DNA from: Sphagnum compactum
Taxonomy: Eukaryota
Direction: 5' to 3'
DNA length: 64,000 nt
NCBI GenBank assembly: GCA_965153455.1
Contig: OZ234493.1
Location: 27,208,213-27,272,212, forward strand
The position numbers and the translations under genes were made by a program. How positions within the stretch are numbered: the stretch's first letter is position 1; every line of letters starts with the position of its first letter. Positions 37,109 through 50,961 of this stretch are shown piece by piece. The notes beneath the pieces are model-generated. The model saw nothing but the letters and a program-made list of their open reading frames with translations. It searched no databases and had not been told where the DNA came from.

Positions 37109-38875
37109 AGCATACATTTGGCTACATACCATATATGAAAGGTCTTTAAGAAAAAAAAAAAAAAACCAAGGGTCCTTCTATATTCTATAGCTACCTAAAT
37201 GGAATATGTCAGTAAAATCTCGTGCCTTGAATTTTTTTTTTTTTCAAAATCTGACAAATTTGGGCCATTTTTTTTCCCATGAAAAATCCTTTGTATAGGT
37301 GAATTTGGGCCATTTTTTTCAATTAAAAATCCTTTGTATACATACCTAGGTGAAAATCATATTTTTCAGGTCAAAATTTGATAAAAATTCGGAAGGGAAA
37401 AAAAAAGGTCACTGCATGGATGAATGACAGAGGCAGTGGTATTTTTTTTTTTTTCAGTTTTCTCATGTTGCTCCAAAATTGGTGATCAGCCACACAAGAG
37501 GGTTTAGCCAAACATGGCTACAAGACAGACAAATAGAGAAATAGAAAGAAAAAATCTAAGAATTTTATTACATGTTGACTAGAGCCTAATAGTTAAATAT
37601 GGCAATTTGGAACCAAGAATTTTTTTTCTTTAAAAGAAAAATGTTAAAAATTCATCACCAAAAAAAAAATCCACTGGACAGACTTGAGGCTCAAGTGACT
37701 TTTTTTTGTTTTGCCAAAAATAATTCGCCATTTTGCTGTTGTTTTTTTTTTGTTTTTAAAAAATCCCAAGATGGTCAAGGGAACTTTTTCAAAATTCATC
37801 ACATTTTGAGGGAGAAAGTTATGAAATTGTCAAAGATTTTGTTGTTTTTGGAGGATTTTTGGGTAGATTTCATGCTTTTCTTCTTTTTGAAATCATCATT
37901 TTTAGCTAATAGGTTCAAGTAGGTCACCAACATGTAATGTAATAATAGGTAGGGTGTTCTTTGCAAGGGGGTATTATTATTAGCCCAGGCCAAAAGTGGT
38001 GACCAACAAACTCTTTTGGGAAGAAAAATTTCATGCAGCCAATGGCTTCTTTGCCCAACAAGCATGCACTCAAGGTGCCTAGCTTCTTTTTTTTTCCCCA
38101 TTAGCACCTCACTTTTATCCTATATGCTTTGGCAAATGTTGTCCTCAAGTTCACCTATATAGGTGGGGCCAAAGGCAAGGAACTCCAAAAACATTCTAGA
38201 AAGGTGGGTTCAAGGTTTATAGTAATATATAGCCTTGTACTTTGGGGAGCCTTCCATAGTCTCATTTTTTTTTTGAGTGATGGGCCAATCAAATATTATT
38301 ATAATAATAATAATGATGATGATGATGATAATAATAATAAAATAGGCTTGTTGCAAAGAAAAAAAAATTGAACTTGGGAAGCACCTCATCCAATTAATAG
38401 TAGGAGAGGTGAATAGGAAAGCTGAATAAGAAAAAAAGCTAAAAAGGAGATTCCTGGTTTTTTTTCTTCTCTATTTGTCTTGTTAATCAGGTTTGGCTAA
38501 ATCCTCTTGTGGCTGATCGCCACTGTTGGAACAAAATGGCAAATTCGGGGGGAGGGGGAAAAAAAAAAAACACTGGACCTGAGAGAGAAAGGCGAGTGAA
38601 AGCGGAAGGAAAGGGAGAGAGAGAACGAAGGAGCCACCATCTCTTCCCACGGCATTCTGTTTTTGTTAGTGTTCATCTCCCTGCATGGAACGGACTCACT
38701 CGCGCTGCAGCTGCTTTGTGTTGGTTGAAACGATTTGGAGAAAATTTTCAATCTGTTCTCATTTCGTCGTGTCTTGTTCAAACATATCTCTATCTATCTA
38801 TCTATCTATCTATCAGTGTTCAATATGATCTGGCCGGTGATTCTTTTCTTTCTTTTTGGTTGTTGATAGACTAGA

Positions 38876-38899
38876 GGAGAGAGAGAGAGAGAGAGAGAG
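38876..38899. repeat. (GA)n microsatellite; (TATC)n at ~38790-38814
   Basis: Direct reading; both lie in the probable 5' region of the downstream gene. Confidence 0.9.
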
Positions 38900-40104
38900 T
38901 AAGCAGAGAGATATATTAGAAATGCTGCATCAGCACCTGATCATAAGTGCTCCTGGATGTCATACAATATTAGCAGAGCTAGAATGATTTTCTTCGATTT
39001 GCTTTGTTTTCTTTTGATCTCGGTTTTTCTGTTTTTTGGCTTATGTGTTGCAGCAATACAGTCCGACTAGAATGTGGAAGAGACAACTCTCTGTCAACGG
39101 TTGCAATACAATAACGTGAGTCTGTCTTTCAGATATCCGGTTTGATCTGCGAGCGACTTGCGGAATCTGTGTCGAAATCGTGTCTTGGAGCCGTTCTTGA
39201 TCATTCAAATTTCCGTCGTGAACTCTCTGTCTGTTGCTGGCAGGTACATGTGAAGAAGATCATGTCTCACGTCCTTCGGCGTACACGGACGTAATTCAGC
39301 ATCGACTTGAGGAGAACAAGAGCTACAACAAGAGTCTCTGGTGGTTGAGAGAATCTGCTAGCAAGGGATGAAAGGCCGTCCACTTTCTCGCAGCCATTGC
39401 GCTGCAGCACTTGTGCAAGTGATACATGTCGATGATGCTGCCAACAACAACCTCGAAGGATTCACGCAGGAAAGACGATGCAGTCAACGGGAACCGCTTC
39501 ATGCGATATTGTGAGCCTCCTTCAGTGGCTTCAAATTGGTAAACATTCCTATCTATCTGTGACCAGCCCTCTCCTGCCGCCTTCAGTCCCGGTTCTCGTT
39601 GCTCGTCTCCACTCCGCAGATAACTGTCTCTTCAACACTTCTCGCTCTAACTGAGAGATCAAACGCTGCATCGTACATATCCAGACACACATATGTGCAT
39701 TGAGTACGTTCCTGACAATGGCCGGCCTTTAGCATCTCTTGTTTGCAGTTAGCTGTACGCAGTCTTTCAGGAGCGAGCTGAGGACCCTTCAGTAAAGCTG
39801 CAAGTGCAGTATTCTTATCCTCTTGAAAAATGCTACAATAGTACTAGCCAGTCTATAGATCTGCTTTCCCAGGGAAAACGTTTTACAGCCAGCTGCCACT
39901 AGTTTCTTCTTGTTTCCATATGTGGTGCTGTCTCTTGAGTTCTCTTCCAGTCAGTTTTCCTCAAACTGATTAATGTAACACACCTGGAGCACAGATAGGT
40001 AGGATATCTCTCAGTCTGGGGTTTCTAGATTCTGTGCAGGAAAATTTTGCACTTGAGGAGAAGCATCACTTAACCTCAGCTGCATCTTGGATCTCCTCAG
40101 AACC

Positions 40105-42685
40105 ATGTGGGAGCAGGAAACACAACAGCCTGAAATTCAGGCCTTTAAGAAGGTACCCAATGCAACTGTTATAGAGAAGCTGCAGGTGCAGAGGCAAAGC
40201 TGTGAAAGGAGGGTTCCTACTGATGATCAGAGACACAGACGAAGAGAATTGCCGGTTTTTGAAGACTCCTTCACCAAAAGGCTAGGGATCCAGGCTGATT
40301 TTGACCACATGAAACTAGAGCGGAGTTTTCCTCCATCAACCTCATCACAGTGGCTGAGAAAGAAAGAGGTTGAACACATAGCAAAACAAGGAGGTGAGCT
40401 TGCTGCAGATCCCCTAATTTTACTGAGTACACTTCTAAGTTCTTTGATGCACTATGTGGAGTTGTTTGTGTGTTCTATGATCCTCAGCTCAGATTGTGTG
40501 ATGCTTGTCAAGCTGGAGAAATTATGCACAGGATTTTAGTCGGACCCAGGAACTGTCTTTCCATTGCCCAACTAACAAAGAACATTCCAGATGGAAAGCT
40601 TCCACTGCTTATGATATACTTATTGTCCTCATTTGTTGATGCATCAGTCATAATCACCTCAAGTTTGTCTAAGATTGTGAGGCCATTACACAATAGCTCG
40701 GCATATGCATGCTCTGAATGTTGCACTCATGTCCTATATATCAAAACCTGTGTAAAAGTGCCCTGCATGAGATCTCACAAGAAAATGTGAAAGATGGTTT
40801 AACCTAATTTAATAGAGCTTTGAGAACTTAGTTCAATGCCTGCCCTTGATCTAGGGTCTTTCAATAGGTCTTGCTAGAAGGCATGTGGGAACTGAGCACT
40901 CCTTAGTTTAATTGCTGCATTAATTGGATGATGGAACAAATGGTGGTGTACATGCTGTGGTCACCTTGAGATTTTTGTACAATTTCTCTTGCAGATGCAA
41001 TCTCAGGCAATCTGCTTCACTGTAAGTCCTTACTTCCTTGCACCATGGGTGACCTTGATTACCTGTTACTGAAAGATCTATTCTCTTCATGCTTCATTCC
41101 ATGTTGTAACACTAAAGTATGTGGTCCAACCATGATGTGGAGCAGGGAGGGCTCTTGAGGTTGTCAAGGTTCCAAATTCAGGCTGCAAATGTAGGCCTGA
41201 TAATGATGGTTCCTTGCCACTTGGTGTTGAAAATCAGAGACATTCTCATGCTTCAACCAAGCAGTCCTCTGCAGCTAGGGCTCTCAATGGAAAGCAGTTG
41301 AGAGGACTGGGAGCATTTACATGGAAACTCTTCAGGTATGTTTCATCAAACTTGCTGTTTGCATCAGATGAAGTAGAGGTAAAACCACATGAAGTGAGAT
41401 ATCGTAGGAAAAAGGTGTGTTGGATGCTGAGCTGACTGAATAACAGGTTTGAAACATGATCTAGACAGTGTTGCAATTGTATCAATGCTGAGACTGGTTT
41501 GGTTCCTCCAGGCAAAAAAGTACAACAGTGTTCAATCCAGCCTGGGAGGTTGAGTGGGCTAATTTCCGTGAGCAACATGAGCAAGAAATGAAAGAGATGA
41601 AGCAGATGTATGCTGGTCTGCAAGAGATGTGCCAGGAGATTAAAAGGTTGGGATTGCAGCAGGATGACATGTTAATGTCAAGCTCACGATGTGCTTCTTC
41701 GTCCAAAAGCTGTGATAGTCATGGTCACAGGCTGGATGGAGCTCCTCTAATAGCACAGAACAAATGGCGGCCAGGACCTACTACTACCACTCATGCATCT
41801 GGTCTGCCTCATCAAACCAGGAGGACAAAATCTGCTCCAAAAACAAGAGTTAACTGGAACATAGGCCTTACAAAGGAGAATAGCATGCATGCAAAAGGGC
41901 CTTACAAGGCTGTTTGGTACTGTCCCACCACAGCTCTCTTTGAAGAAATTGTACAAGTGGAGAGAGTCTACCTACGGAACTTCTGTGGAACCCTCATGAA
42001 ATTTGGTGAAACTAGGATTGCAGCAGCAGATCTTGTGATGGATCATCAAAGGAGGGAAGCAATGAGTAGCCTTGTTGCCAGGCTTGTACCTCATGCCAGG
42101 TTTGCGAAACCTTGGCATTTCAAGTATGGCATGGAAGCCTGGTTGAACAAGGTGGTTTTCCAAGACTTTGGCAGGGCAAGCTTAAGCCTACAGGATGATG
42201 CATCTGACAGGGTACAGGAGGCACAGGCACGACGAATATCGTCATGGGAAGAATACCAGAAACTGTCCCTACTGAGTCCTATTGATGCAATTGACCCAGA
42301 AGGCAAGGTTTACTACCGCAACTTCCATGTCTTTTGTCACAGAAAATTTCAAGTCATTCATGATCAGTTGCAATGGTGGGATGAATGGCCAGACAACCTT
42401 GTGGAGGACTTCCTTGAAGCAATGAAGCATGTTTGGCGTGCCTACAAGCTAGCTCTTGTCTTTGAACCACCGGCATCTATATTCAGTGCCAAACCATCAA
42501 CAGTTTTTGATGAAAAATTCATGGAGCATTTGGAAGTTTTGACAGCCTCGCCGAATGATGAATTACTTGCTTCTTCCAATCAAGCAGGTTTTTCAGTAAC
42601 ACCAGGATTTGTTGTGCAGAAACGCATCATTAAAAGTCAAGTCTACTTGATTACAAAATCTGGCCCGAGTGAATCCCAGATGTGA
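40105..42685 (+). CDS. GIL1 / IRK-interacting protein-like (DUF641-associated family C-terminal domain); exons 40105-40393, 40995-41021, 41146-41335, 41512-42685; ~559 aa
   Basis: GT-AG, phase-consistent model of 1680 nt. C-terminal motifs typical of the family: HFKYGMEAWLNKVVFQDF, FHVFCHRKF, WPDNLVEDFLEAMKHVWRAYKLALVFEPPASIF...FDEKFME, GFSVTPGFVVQKRIIKSQVYL. Short coiled coil upstream. Start codon uncertain. Confidence 0.82.
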
Positions 42686-43344
42686 GCCACACTACTGGCT
42701 CATGTATTGAGTACTCTAGATGTCCAGTGGTGGCCCAGCCATTTCCAATCTTGGCACGGAAACAACACAGATCACGGATCATTGTGAAGTTGTCCTTGCA
42801 ATGGCCTTAAAAATTTACACAGTTTCAGTTGTGACAGAATTTATGCTACAGAGGTGGAAACCCTTTGTCCATTGATCCAGACATGTTCTGGATGCACTGG
42901 CATGAACTTCTGTTGATTTGCAAACCAATAGTTTCTTCCTTCCTCAACACCCCAAACAGCATCAAAGACTTGACAATCCTCTAACTAAGAGGATTAATTA
43001 AGAGGAAAATTAGAAAGTTGCAATGACCAAGGGTGGTTGGTGGTCTGCACAAAGCAAACAGCTTGCAATAGCTGGCTAGTAAGATTTCAGTTAGTTGCAA
43101 ATCGGGCTGTGGTAAAGACCGACCATTAAGGACTAACTTTCAAGTCTATGGGGCTGGTTTTGAGTTCACCATTCGGTCTCTTACTACTCTCATACACATC
43201 ATACTCTAAGAGGTTGCAAGGGTTGGTTGGTAGCCACAATTGTTCTATTGCAAAATGCTAGAAACTCTAAGCACCTGACAAGCTGACAGGTGCTGCACAT
43301 TCCCTTGATGGGGGCCATCCCACTCCTTGGCATCTGCAACCTTC

Positions 43345-43675
43345 TGTAATTTACATACAGAATAGCATGACAAAAGAACTCTACATATATATTTGCTTAC
43401 AGAATAGCATGACAAAAAGAGTTCCATACATTTTTAGATACAAAAATAGCATGACAAAAACTTCCATGATCTAATCCATAGAAGCTTACATACAGAATAG
43501 CATGACAAAAAAACGTTCCACACATTGTACATACAAAAATAGCATGACAAAAAACTTCCATAATCTAATCCATAGAAGCAGAATAACCTGAGAAAAAGAA
43601 TATGATATATTCTACATAAAAAAAATAGGATGACAAAAAACTTCCACAATTGAGCCATAGAAAAATAGCATGATT
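43345..43675. repeat. Tandem array of ~35-55-bp units with core ACA(G/A)AATAGCATGACAAAAA..TTCCA
   Basis: The core recurs about 7 times between the two convergent genes. Confidence 0.8.
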
Positions 43676-43890
43676 GAAAAAAATGAGGTTAGGGGGTTTC
43701 TATTTCATGAAACACACCATAATATACACACCTGGTAGCTTGAGGGAAAACATGTTACACAAGAGCTCTCTCTCTCTATTCATGATTGCTAATCTGCCCA
43801 CAATACTACATACTCTCTGCTTCTAACTGGCCTAGAAAAGCCACTGAATGAATTTCTCTACACTCTAAAAGCCTCTCCATTGGTAATATC

Positions 43891-46800
43891 CTAGGAATTT
43901 GTGGCAGCCCGAGATGATTGTTGTTGTTGGCTGCTGCTACTTATCTTAGCCACTTGAGGATCACTCTTATTCAATTGAGCATTAGCCTTAATCACATCTT
44001 TACAAGCTTGCTCAAGCATGGTGAGAAATTCACGGACAACTACAAATACCTTAAGGGGTTGAGAATCGTCTTTTGCTGCAAGTTCACCATAGAAGTAGAT
44101 ACTTACTTTCTTCACCAATCCTAAAACTTCATCCAAATCAGATTGTGCCAATCCAACGTTGGTCTCTGCCTCGTTAACAAACACCTGCATTGCTGCCTGG
44201 AAATTATCTTCGCTTAAGTCAATTGTTGTTTTCTTGGCCACCATTCCATCAGTATTTGTGTACCGACCTTCTTGAACTTGCACCCTAATTCCATGTAACC
44301 CATTAACTAGTTTCATCACTGCCATCTTCAATGAACTTATGTCTAAGCCACCTGCCCTTCTTGCATTTGCTAACTCACTGGGTAATGCCATGACAACATC
44401 CATGCCCATCTTTTTTGTATCTTCAACATTCGGTCTGTCCACTGTTCCCTTGGCCATCTCTGCTTCAAGATTTGCAGCAAACTGTGGCAAATTTGGTGAC
44501 TGAGGAGTATAAGGAGATGACGGAACACTGTTCAAATTATCACTTGCCATCCGAGCAACTCGGATCGCTTCAGACTTGATAATCTCTTGGATCACAAAAT
44601 GCAGAAGTGTTGTTTTTCCATCAGTTCCCTTCACATCAGCTAGTTTCAGTAAGTTATCCAACTTGAAGGCTCTTGCATCACCCCGAAATGTCCCCATGTT
44701 AAGACGATTTCCTGTCTTTAATACTGCCTCCAAAAGCTTTCGGAATGTCCGGCTACCCTTCAGCTCCTTGCATGCCATCTACAACACACAATTTACATCA
44801 ATAAACCTTGCTAATACCTCGCTGGTAGGAGACACATAGCTTAAGGCAGATTAAGGAAAGCATGAACCTTTAATTACTGTTACAGGAGAGAGTTTGTCTC
44901 TAAATTCAGGTTCTAGAGCTGCCCAACAGTGAAGGGCAAAAACACAGCTACAAAACCACATCAGGACTTGAACTTAGACAGCATCTTCAACTCTCAATAT
45001 TATCAACTGTTCAAATGGGATTTCACAACTGAGTACAGGTCCCTCAATGTCAAAGGCCTGTGGGTTGCAGCTGGCCATTAAGTACAGTACATCAGGACAC
45101 ATCAGGAGATCAAAAAAATTATCCTATGTATGAATACCTGGAAAGGTCCCACAGACTAACCTCTAATATTGCAATGGCATCTTGAATTTCGTGAAGCTCA
45201 TCTTGGTATTGTGCCCGATATAGCATGGCATTTAAGCGTGAAAAAGCATTCGGGACCTCCAATACACCCTGAAGGAAACGGTCTGCTGGACCAAGATCTA
45301 ACCCATTGCCTGAATAGTTCCAGAATTTCTTTTTCTCTTCATCTGAGGGGGCCACCTTGACTAGTGTCTCCAGCACTTCAATGCTTAACCCATCACCTGA
45401 AAATTACAAATCAAATGTAAGATAAAGCCAAATTGTGTATCACAAGCAAACTCAGGCTGTGATTGGAATGCCATGTGACTTTGCATAAAAACACCATGTG
45501 TAAGCTTCAACAATCATCACATGCCAAACAATTGCTCAGTGGAAAACCATGTTCCTCCAGCATGAATCAGATCTTGAGGTCAAAATGTAAGAACAGAGTC
45601 ATCCAAACTTGATGGTCACGCATTTCAAGACGTCACCAGAGTGCTCACTCATGTGCACAGAACAATGCAGCAATGGCTTCACCTAAATCAATTAGCAAGA
45701 TGCTATATGGCCAACTAATTGCTTACAGCAATGTAAAGAGACATGGGGGCCTACAGTAACAGATGCCCTACCAGACAACAGATCACAAATCCTTGATTGT
45801 CTTCATCCCATATGAATTTGAGAGAAACAATGAAATATATCTTAACAGGTATTTATCTGAACACAAATACCTGCTAAGATACTCAAAGTGTGCAGCATCA
45901 ACTGTATTCAAGTTTCCACTGCACCATGACACTAATTGACTTTGTTACAAAGAATTAGATGTAGTGCTATACTGACAAGCTTAGCATCATTAAAGAACAT
46001 CAAGGATGTACCTTCCATCAATGCTTCACAGACTTCACGCCTGGTCAATCCAAGAGCACGAAGTTGAATTGAAAAATTATGGGCCTTCCTTGAATCCAAG
46101 ATGGCATACTGCCCTGCCATTGCAGATGATGCCACAGGCCTTTTGGTTTGTTCTTTTTTTGGAGCTGCTGGTTGAATCCCAAATAAAGCCTCAAGTACAG
46201 CAGGATCAAGCCTGCACACACCTCAATCAGCAAACTTTTACACAATGCAATATAAGACAACACATCTCTAGGAAGCCCTTACCACATGATTACTGATGGT
46301 TTTATAATAGCAAAGCATCTGCCTACATGATAGCCAATTAGGGAGAATAATCTGGATTGTGCTATGCGTGGTACATGGCATTGGTCAGTGTTAAGTGGCT
46401 AGACTTGGCCAGTGTTGCATCACAGAAGAAACAAAAGCAGAACAGTTTGATTGAGAGGTGACTTACTCAAATGATTTGCTCAAGTTGTCCCAAACCATTG
46501 ACTGATCTGGGGCTGCCTTCACTTTATCCCAATGTAGGGGCTTCAGCTTGGACAGAGGTTTTGGAGGAGAGCTTGGTGCTTCAGTAGGTTGGCCTACTTT
46601 TTGAGAATTTTCACTGCTTATAGATGTCCGTGAGCCTATAACCAATGGTCGTAACCCTGGCATTGGTGGTGGAGGTTTACCACCCTTTGGAGGAGGTGGT
46701 GGAGGTGGAGCTAATCCTGCACGTGAGGGAGGAGGTGGTGGAGCACCTCCAGTAGGGGGCGGAGGAGGAGGTGGTGGATGACCTGATCGAGGAGGAGGAG

Positions 46801-49800
46801 GTGGAGGGGGGGGAGGACCTCCCCGAGGAGGTGGAGGTGGAGGTGGGGGAGGACCTCCACGAGGAGGCGGAGGTGGAGGCGGGGGAGGACCTCCCCGAGG
46901 AGGTGGAGGTGGAGGTGGAGGTGGAGGCGGGGGAAGACCTGCACGAGGAGGCAGAGGTGGAGGTGGAGGAGGACCTCCCCGAGGAGGCGGAGGTGGAGGT
47001 GGGGGTGGAGGAGGACCTCCACGAGGAGGCAGAGGTGGAGGTGGAGGAGGACCTCCACGAGGAGGTAGAGGTGGAGGTGGTGGAGGTGGAGGAGGAGGTG
47101 GGGGTGGAGCAGGTGGAGCAGATGGAAGCTGGGGTGTTGCACCTCCAGGAGTTGGTGGTGGTGGTGGTGGTGGGGGAGGCAGCTGTCCATGAAGAGGTGC
47201 AGGGGGAGTTGTAAGATGGCTATTCCCTTGTGGAGGAGGTAGAGTAGGGGAAGGTGGTGGATGGCCATGTCCTTGAGGGAAAGATTGTGGTGGGGGAGGT
47301 CGAGGGCTTCTCTGAACTAAAGGAGAAGCTGGAGGCAGAGGAAGAGGAGCAATTTCTTCCGTGGGGTGAGATGCTGAGGAAGGTGAGGAGAAAGATCTTT
47401 GGAAAGCAGGAGGTGGAGGGGAAGGAGAAAACACTTTTGCAGATGGGGAGTGCAAGTTGGATTCAAGACAAGGACTGGAAGCAGGAAGAGGGGACCCAAG
47501 GGAAGGACTAGTAGAAGGAAAAGAACTTTCAAAGGGCAAAGGAGCAGTGAGAGGGGGCTCTGCCTGAATTGTGAATCCTTCAGGCCCCTGGGTAAAAGAA
47601 CTTGGGGGCTTAAGGTCAAGAATGCCATGAAAGGGCTCTGAACCAGCCCCTTGCCTGTGCCCTGAAATACCCTCATTTGCCAATGCAGATGAAACTGGAA
47701 TATCTGTTGGGCCTTGAGAGCCTGGAAGATTGGATTCAAGGTCTTGAATGTCAGCGAAGCGATTCCTCCGAACACCCTTCCAAGGAATCTCTCCAGTAAC
47801 AGCATTTGAATGCAGTGGCTTAGGTGGAGGGTTTTCAAACTGACGTCGGGGTTCAGGAGATGAAGGTGATTTCTCAGGTGATGACCAACCTCCACTAGAA
47901 CTTGAGTCTTTGTCAAATACAGGCTCTGAAAACTGTTGCATATAGTCCCAGAGATTTGGTAAAACCACTTCTGGTGGTTCAGCAGGCAGAGGGGTCACCT
48001 TTGGAGCAACTGGAAGTGGTGGTGGAGCAGGTGAAGGTGCAATAACAAAGCTTGACTTGACTGGAACTTCAGGTTTTTTTGGTTGAGAGCTTCGCTGCCA
48101 GTGATACCCAACTGGATAAGGGTCAACATGATCTTCAAACTTTTTATACCGATTGTTGTGAAGAGCTGGTCTAGATGATGGGACTACTCCAGCTAGCATA
48201 TATGAATCAGGTTCTTCTGGGACAACTGAACCCTTAAGAGGTGAATGAGATGGCACAGACGGAGAAGGGCTCATCAAAAAATTACTCTTCTGTTTAGTTG
48301 CATTGTGCTGATCCATCAGGTTCTCTGGTATAGCAGTTTCTTTCCTTGAATTTGATACCCTAGGTGGCTCCTCTTCAGATGAGGAAGGAGCAGAGATGAA
48401 GCTGTCACTTCCCAAGTCAGCATCTGAGAAGGGTCCTGATGACAGGTTGCCTGCATCTGATCCTTTCCTGTTATATGCTGGAATACTGGAATTCCTGAAA
48501 AGGCTTCCACTTGCACTACCACCAGAGTCAACTCTTTCCATAGGATGTGAACGGTCACGGTTTCCCAGTAAACTTATGCCATCATCACTAATCTTTTTCT
48601 TCAGCCCCCGTCCCCCCTCAGCTTTATCTGGTTCTGCATTGCTTGAGGAGTCTTTATGTTGCACCTGCACTAATTCTGGGCTCAAATCATCACCATAACG
48701 TGACACCTTGGTGCCATGTCTCCTGCCCATTTGCAAGCCTTCTTCAGGGACCTTTGTCATCTTCATAGGAATGTTGACATCTGAAACAACTCTTGTCCCA
48801 ACTTGTGAAGAATCCCTCCTGCCTTGTCCAACACTGCCAGTATTAGTACTTGCAGGCTTCCCTGACACTTTTGGAGTCAACTGCTGCTCACCATATTCTG
48901 GAGGCCTGGTAGAGGGTCTAAAGGGGACTGAGGGAGGCTTGAACTGACCATATCCCCAACTGTATTGCTCCAATCCTGAGGCTGTAGGACTTGGATATAG
49001 AAGGGGTTTCTGACCTCCTGGACCTTTTCTGATCTTCCATCTGCGATAAATGCAAAAGAGGGCAACAGCAACTCCCAGTGCAATGCAGGTCGCCACAACA
49101 ACGCCAATTACAACTGCTGAATGATTAGTGCCTGATGTCAAGGCCCCAACTGGAGATGAGACTGGAGCTGAAATCAGAGATCGCCTGAGGGAAGCAAGGG
49201 CCAATATTGAGGAGCTTTCTCCCCCATCCTGTGGTGGTTGACCTGTCTGCAAGTAAGAGACGATCATGGTCTTACTTCCAAAGTTCAATCCATGGAAATC
49301 GGTATCATAGACACAAGCATGAGAATTAAGCATGGAATCGAACATAAGGCACCAATGGAGGAACTCTTAGATAAGTTCAGGGACTGGAAAACTGAGAGAA
49401 GAACTAACTCTTCTCAATAAGGATACTAGCTGATCATTTAGGTACAGCTACCAGCAGCTACCTGAAGAAAAACCAGTCAATCCACAAAACATTTGTAAGT
49501 TGTGGAAAATGACATGATCCTGCAAAGTTATAGGGTTTATTGAGCTCATTTTGGTTGTCTCAAAATTGTGAACATGGGGAAAACCCCCTCCCTCTTCAAG
49601 CAACTATACATCTGCATAGAGAGAAGGAAATGGGAGATTTTGAAGGAGGAAACTGCTCTATAATCCCAATCTTTGTCCTAATGCAATCACAAATCCAAAA
49701 TTCAGTCAAGTCGATGAATCAGCTGAAGTGTTTTTTCTAACCTAATCTCATTAAAAAAGATTGGAAATGTTCATAAAGCTTCTCTTGGAACTCACAAGGG

Positions 49801-50822
49801 CGAGATAAAACACTTGAGAAAAACCTGTAATTCTGGCATTTGGGGACACTAATGAATGATCCAGGACTTTAGCTAATAAGTAAGTTCAAGCTTCAGCACA
49901 CATACAGAACTGGTGGATTTTTTTTTAGTGTATGTGAAGGGCATCCTAAATTGCAGAATTGGAACCTTACTGGAAATTCCCTGTAAGATACCAGTTCTTA
50001 GTGCAGGGGAAGTCCCCTTACCTCAGGACTGCCTCGGGTTGAGGTGACAGACCTGAGGGCGCCGTCACCTCAACCCACGGAAGTCTTGCAGTAATGGGAC
50101 GTCCCCTATACATAATTTGCTTCAAGAAGGGCAAAAAAAAGAGTTTAGAGGATGCTAATCAGCCAAGACCCCAAGCAGTTAAAGAGTGACCTAATGACCA
50201 AAACTGTAGTCTGTAAGCAACGAGGAACTCCCAAGGCTGATAAAAATCCATCCTTCTCCTTCCAGTCCAAAACCCTAACTATGGATGACTTTGACAATGA
50301 TAGACCTCAAGCTCATTAACGTATTCTGATTTGATGTTTCAAGAAGAAAAAACATGTCACGAAGATTGCAGCCACAGAAAGAGACCTTCAGCAGGTTTGG
50401 TAAGCATTCCAAACAAAGGCTTCCTAGGACAATTTGGTAAGCATTCCAAACAATGGCTTCCTAGGACATCAAAAGCTCCAAGAAACGTTTACCGCAACAT
50501 CAATAGCAGCTGCTGCTTCTTCTTCTTCTTCTCCCGAACTTTGGTGCCCGGAGCTCCAAAGATAGCCTCTGAGGAGCAGTAAGTTAGAATCTCCGGATTT
50601 GTCAACGCCTACTTGCAACCGCAGCCCCCCGGAAGTTTGGCTGCTTTCAGATTCTGGCAAGCCGTTGTTGTCGATGGCTCCAAACCACTCCTCCTGCTGC
50701 TGCTCCTCGGCTTCCTTGAACAAGGCGGCATCAGGTGCACACTGGAAGCCACGAACGAAGCTCAAGTAGTACAAGTAGATGAGCAGGAACAGAAACCCTC
50801 GCACTCTGCTCTGTGTCACCAT
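43891..50822 (-). CDS. Class I (membrane-anchored) formin: signal peptide, TM helix, long linker, FH1, FH2; exons 50822-50613, 49246-46467, 46211-46012, 45396-45161, 44778-43891; ~1437 aa
   Basis: Hydrophobic N-terminus (RGFLFLLIYLYYLSFVRG), TM (VVIGVVVATCIALGVAVALFCIYRRW), polyproline FH1, FH2 motifs KLKPLHWDKV..SMVWD, LDSRKAHNFSIQLRAL, LLEAVLKTGNRLNMGTFRGDARAFKLDNLLKLADVKGTDGKTTLLHFV. All junctions are GT-AG and in phase. The exon 1-2 junction is the least certain. Confidence 0.93.
50005..50107. other. Imperfect 44-bp inverted repeat (hairpin) in formin intron 1
   Basis: Arms 50005-50048 and 50064-50107, ungapped, 36/44 complementary, inner 13 bp perfect (GGGTTGAGGTGAC / GTCACCTCAACCC). 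Confidence 0.8.
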
Positions 50823-50959
50823 TCCGGCACATGGAAAATTTAGAAACTCAGACCGACAAAACAAAGATACAGATGCAAAATGTTGTAGTACTAACATGTG
50901 AGATCACTTGGGAATGGAACGTTTCTCTCTCTCCTCACTAGAACGTAAAATTGCAGATG

Positions 50960-50961
<2 letters not shown>

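Noticed and set aside
46711-47511. His/Leu-rich and Glu/Val-rich ORFs
   Set aside because: Alternative-frame and antisense shadows of the formin polyproline region.
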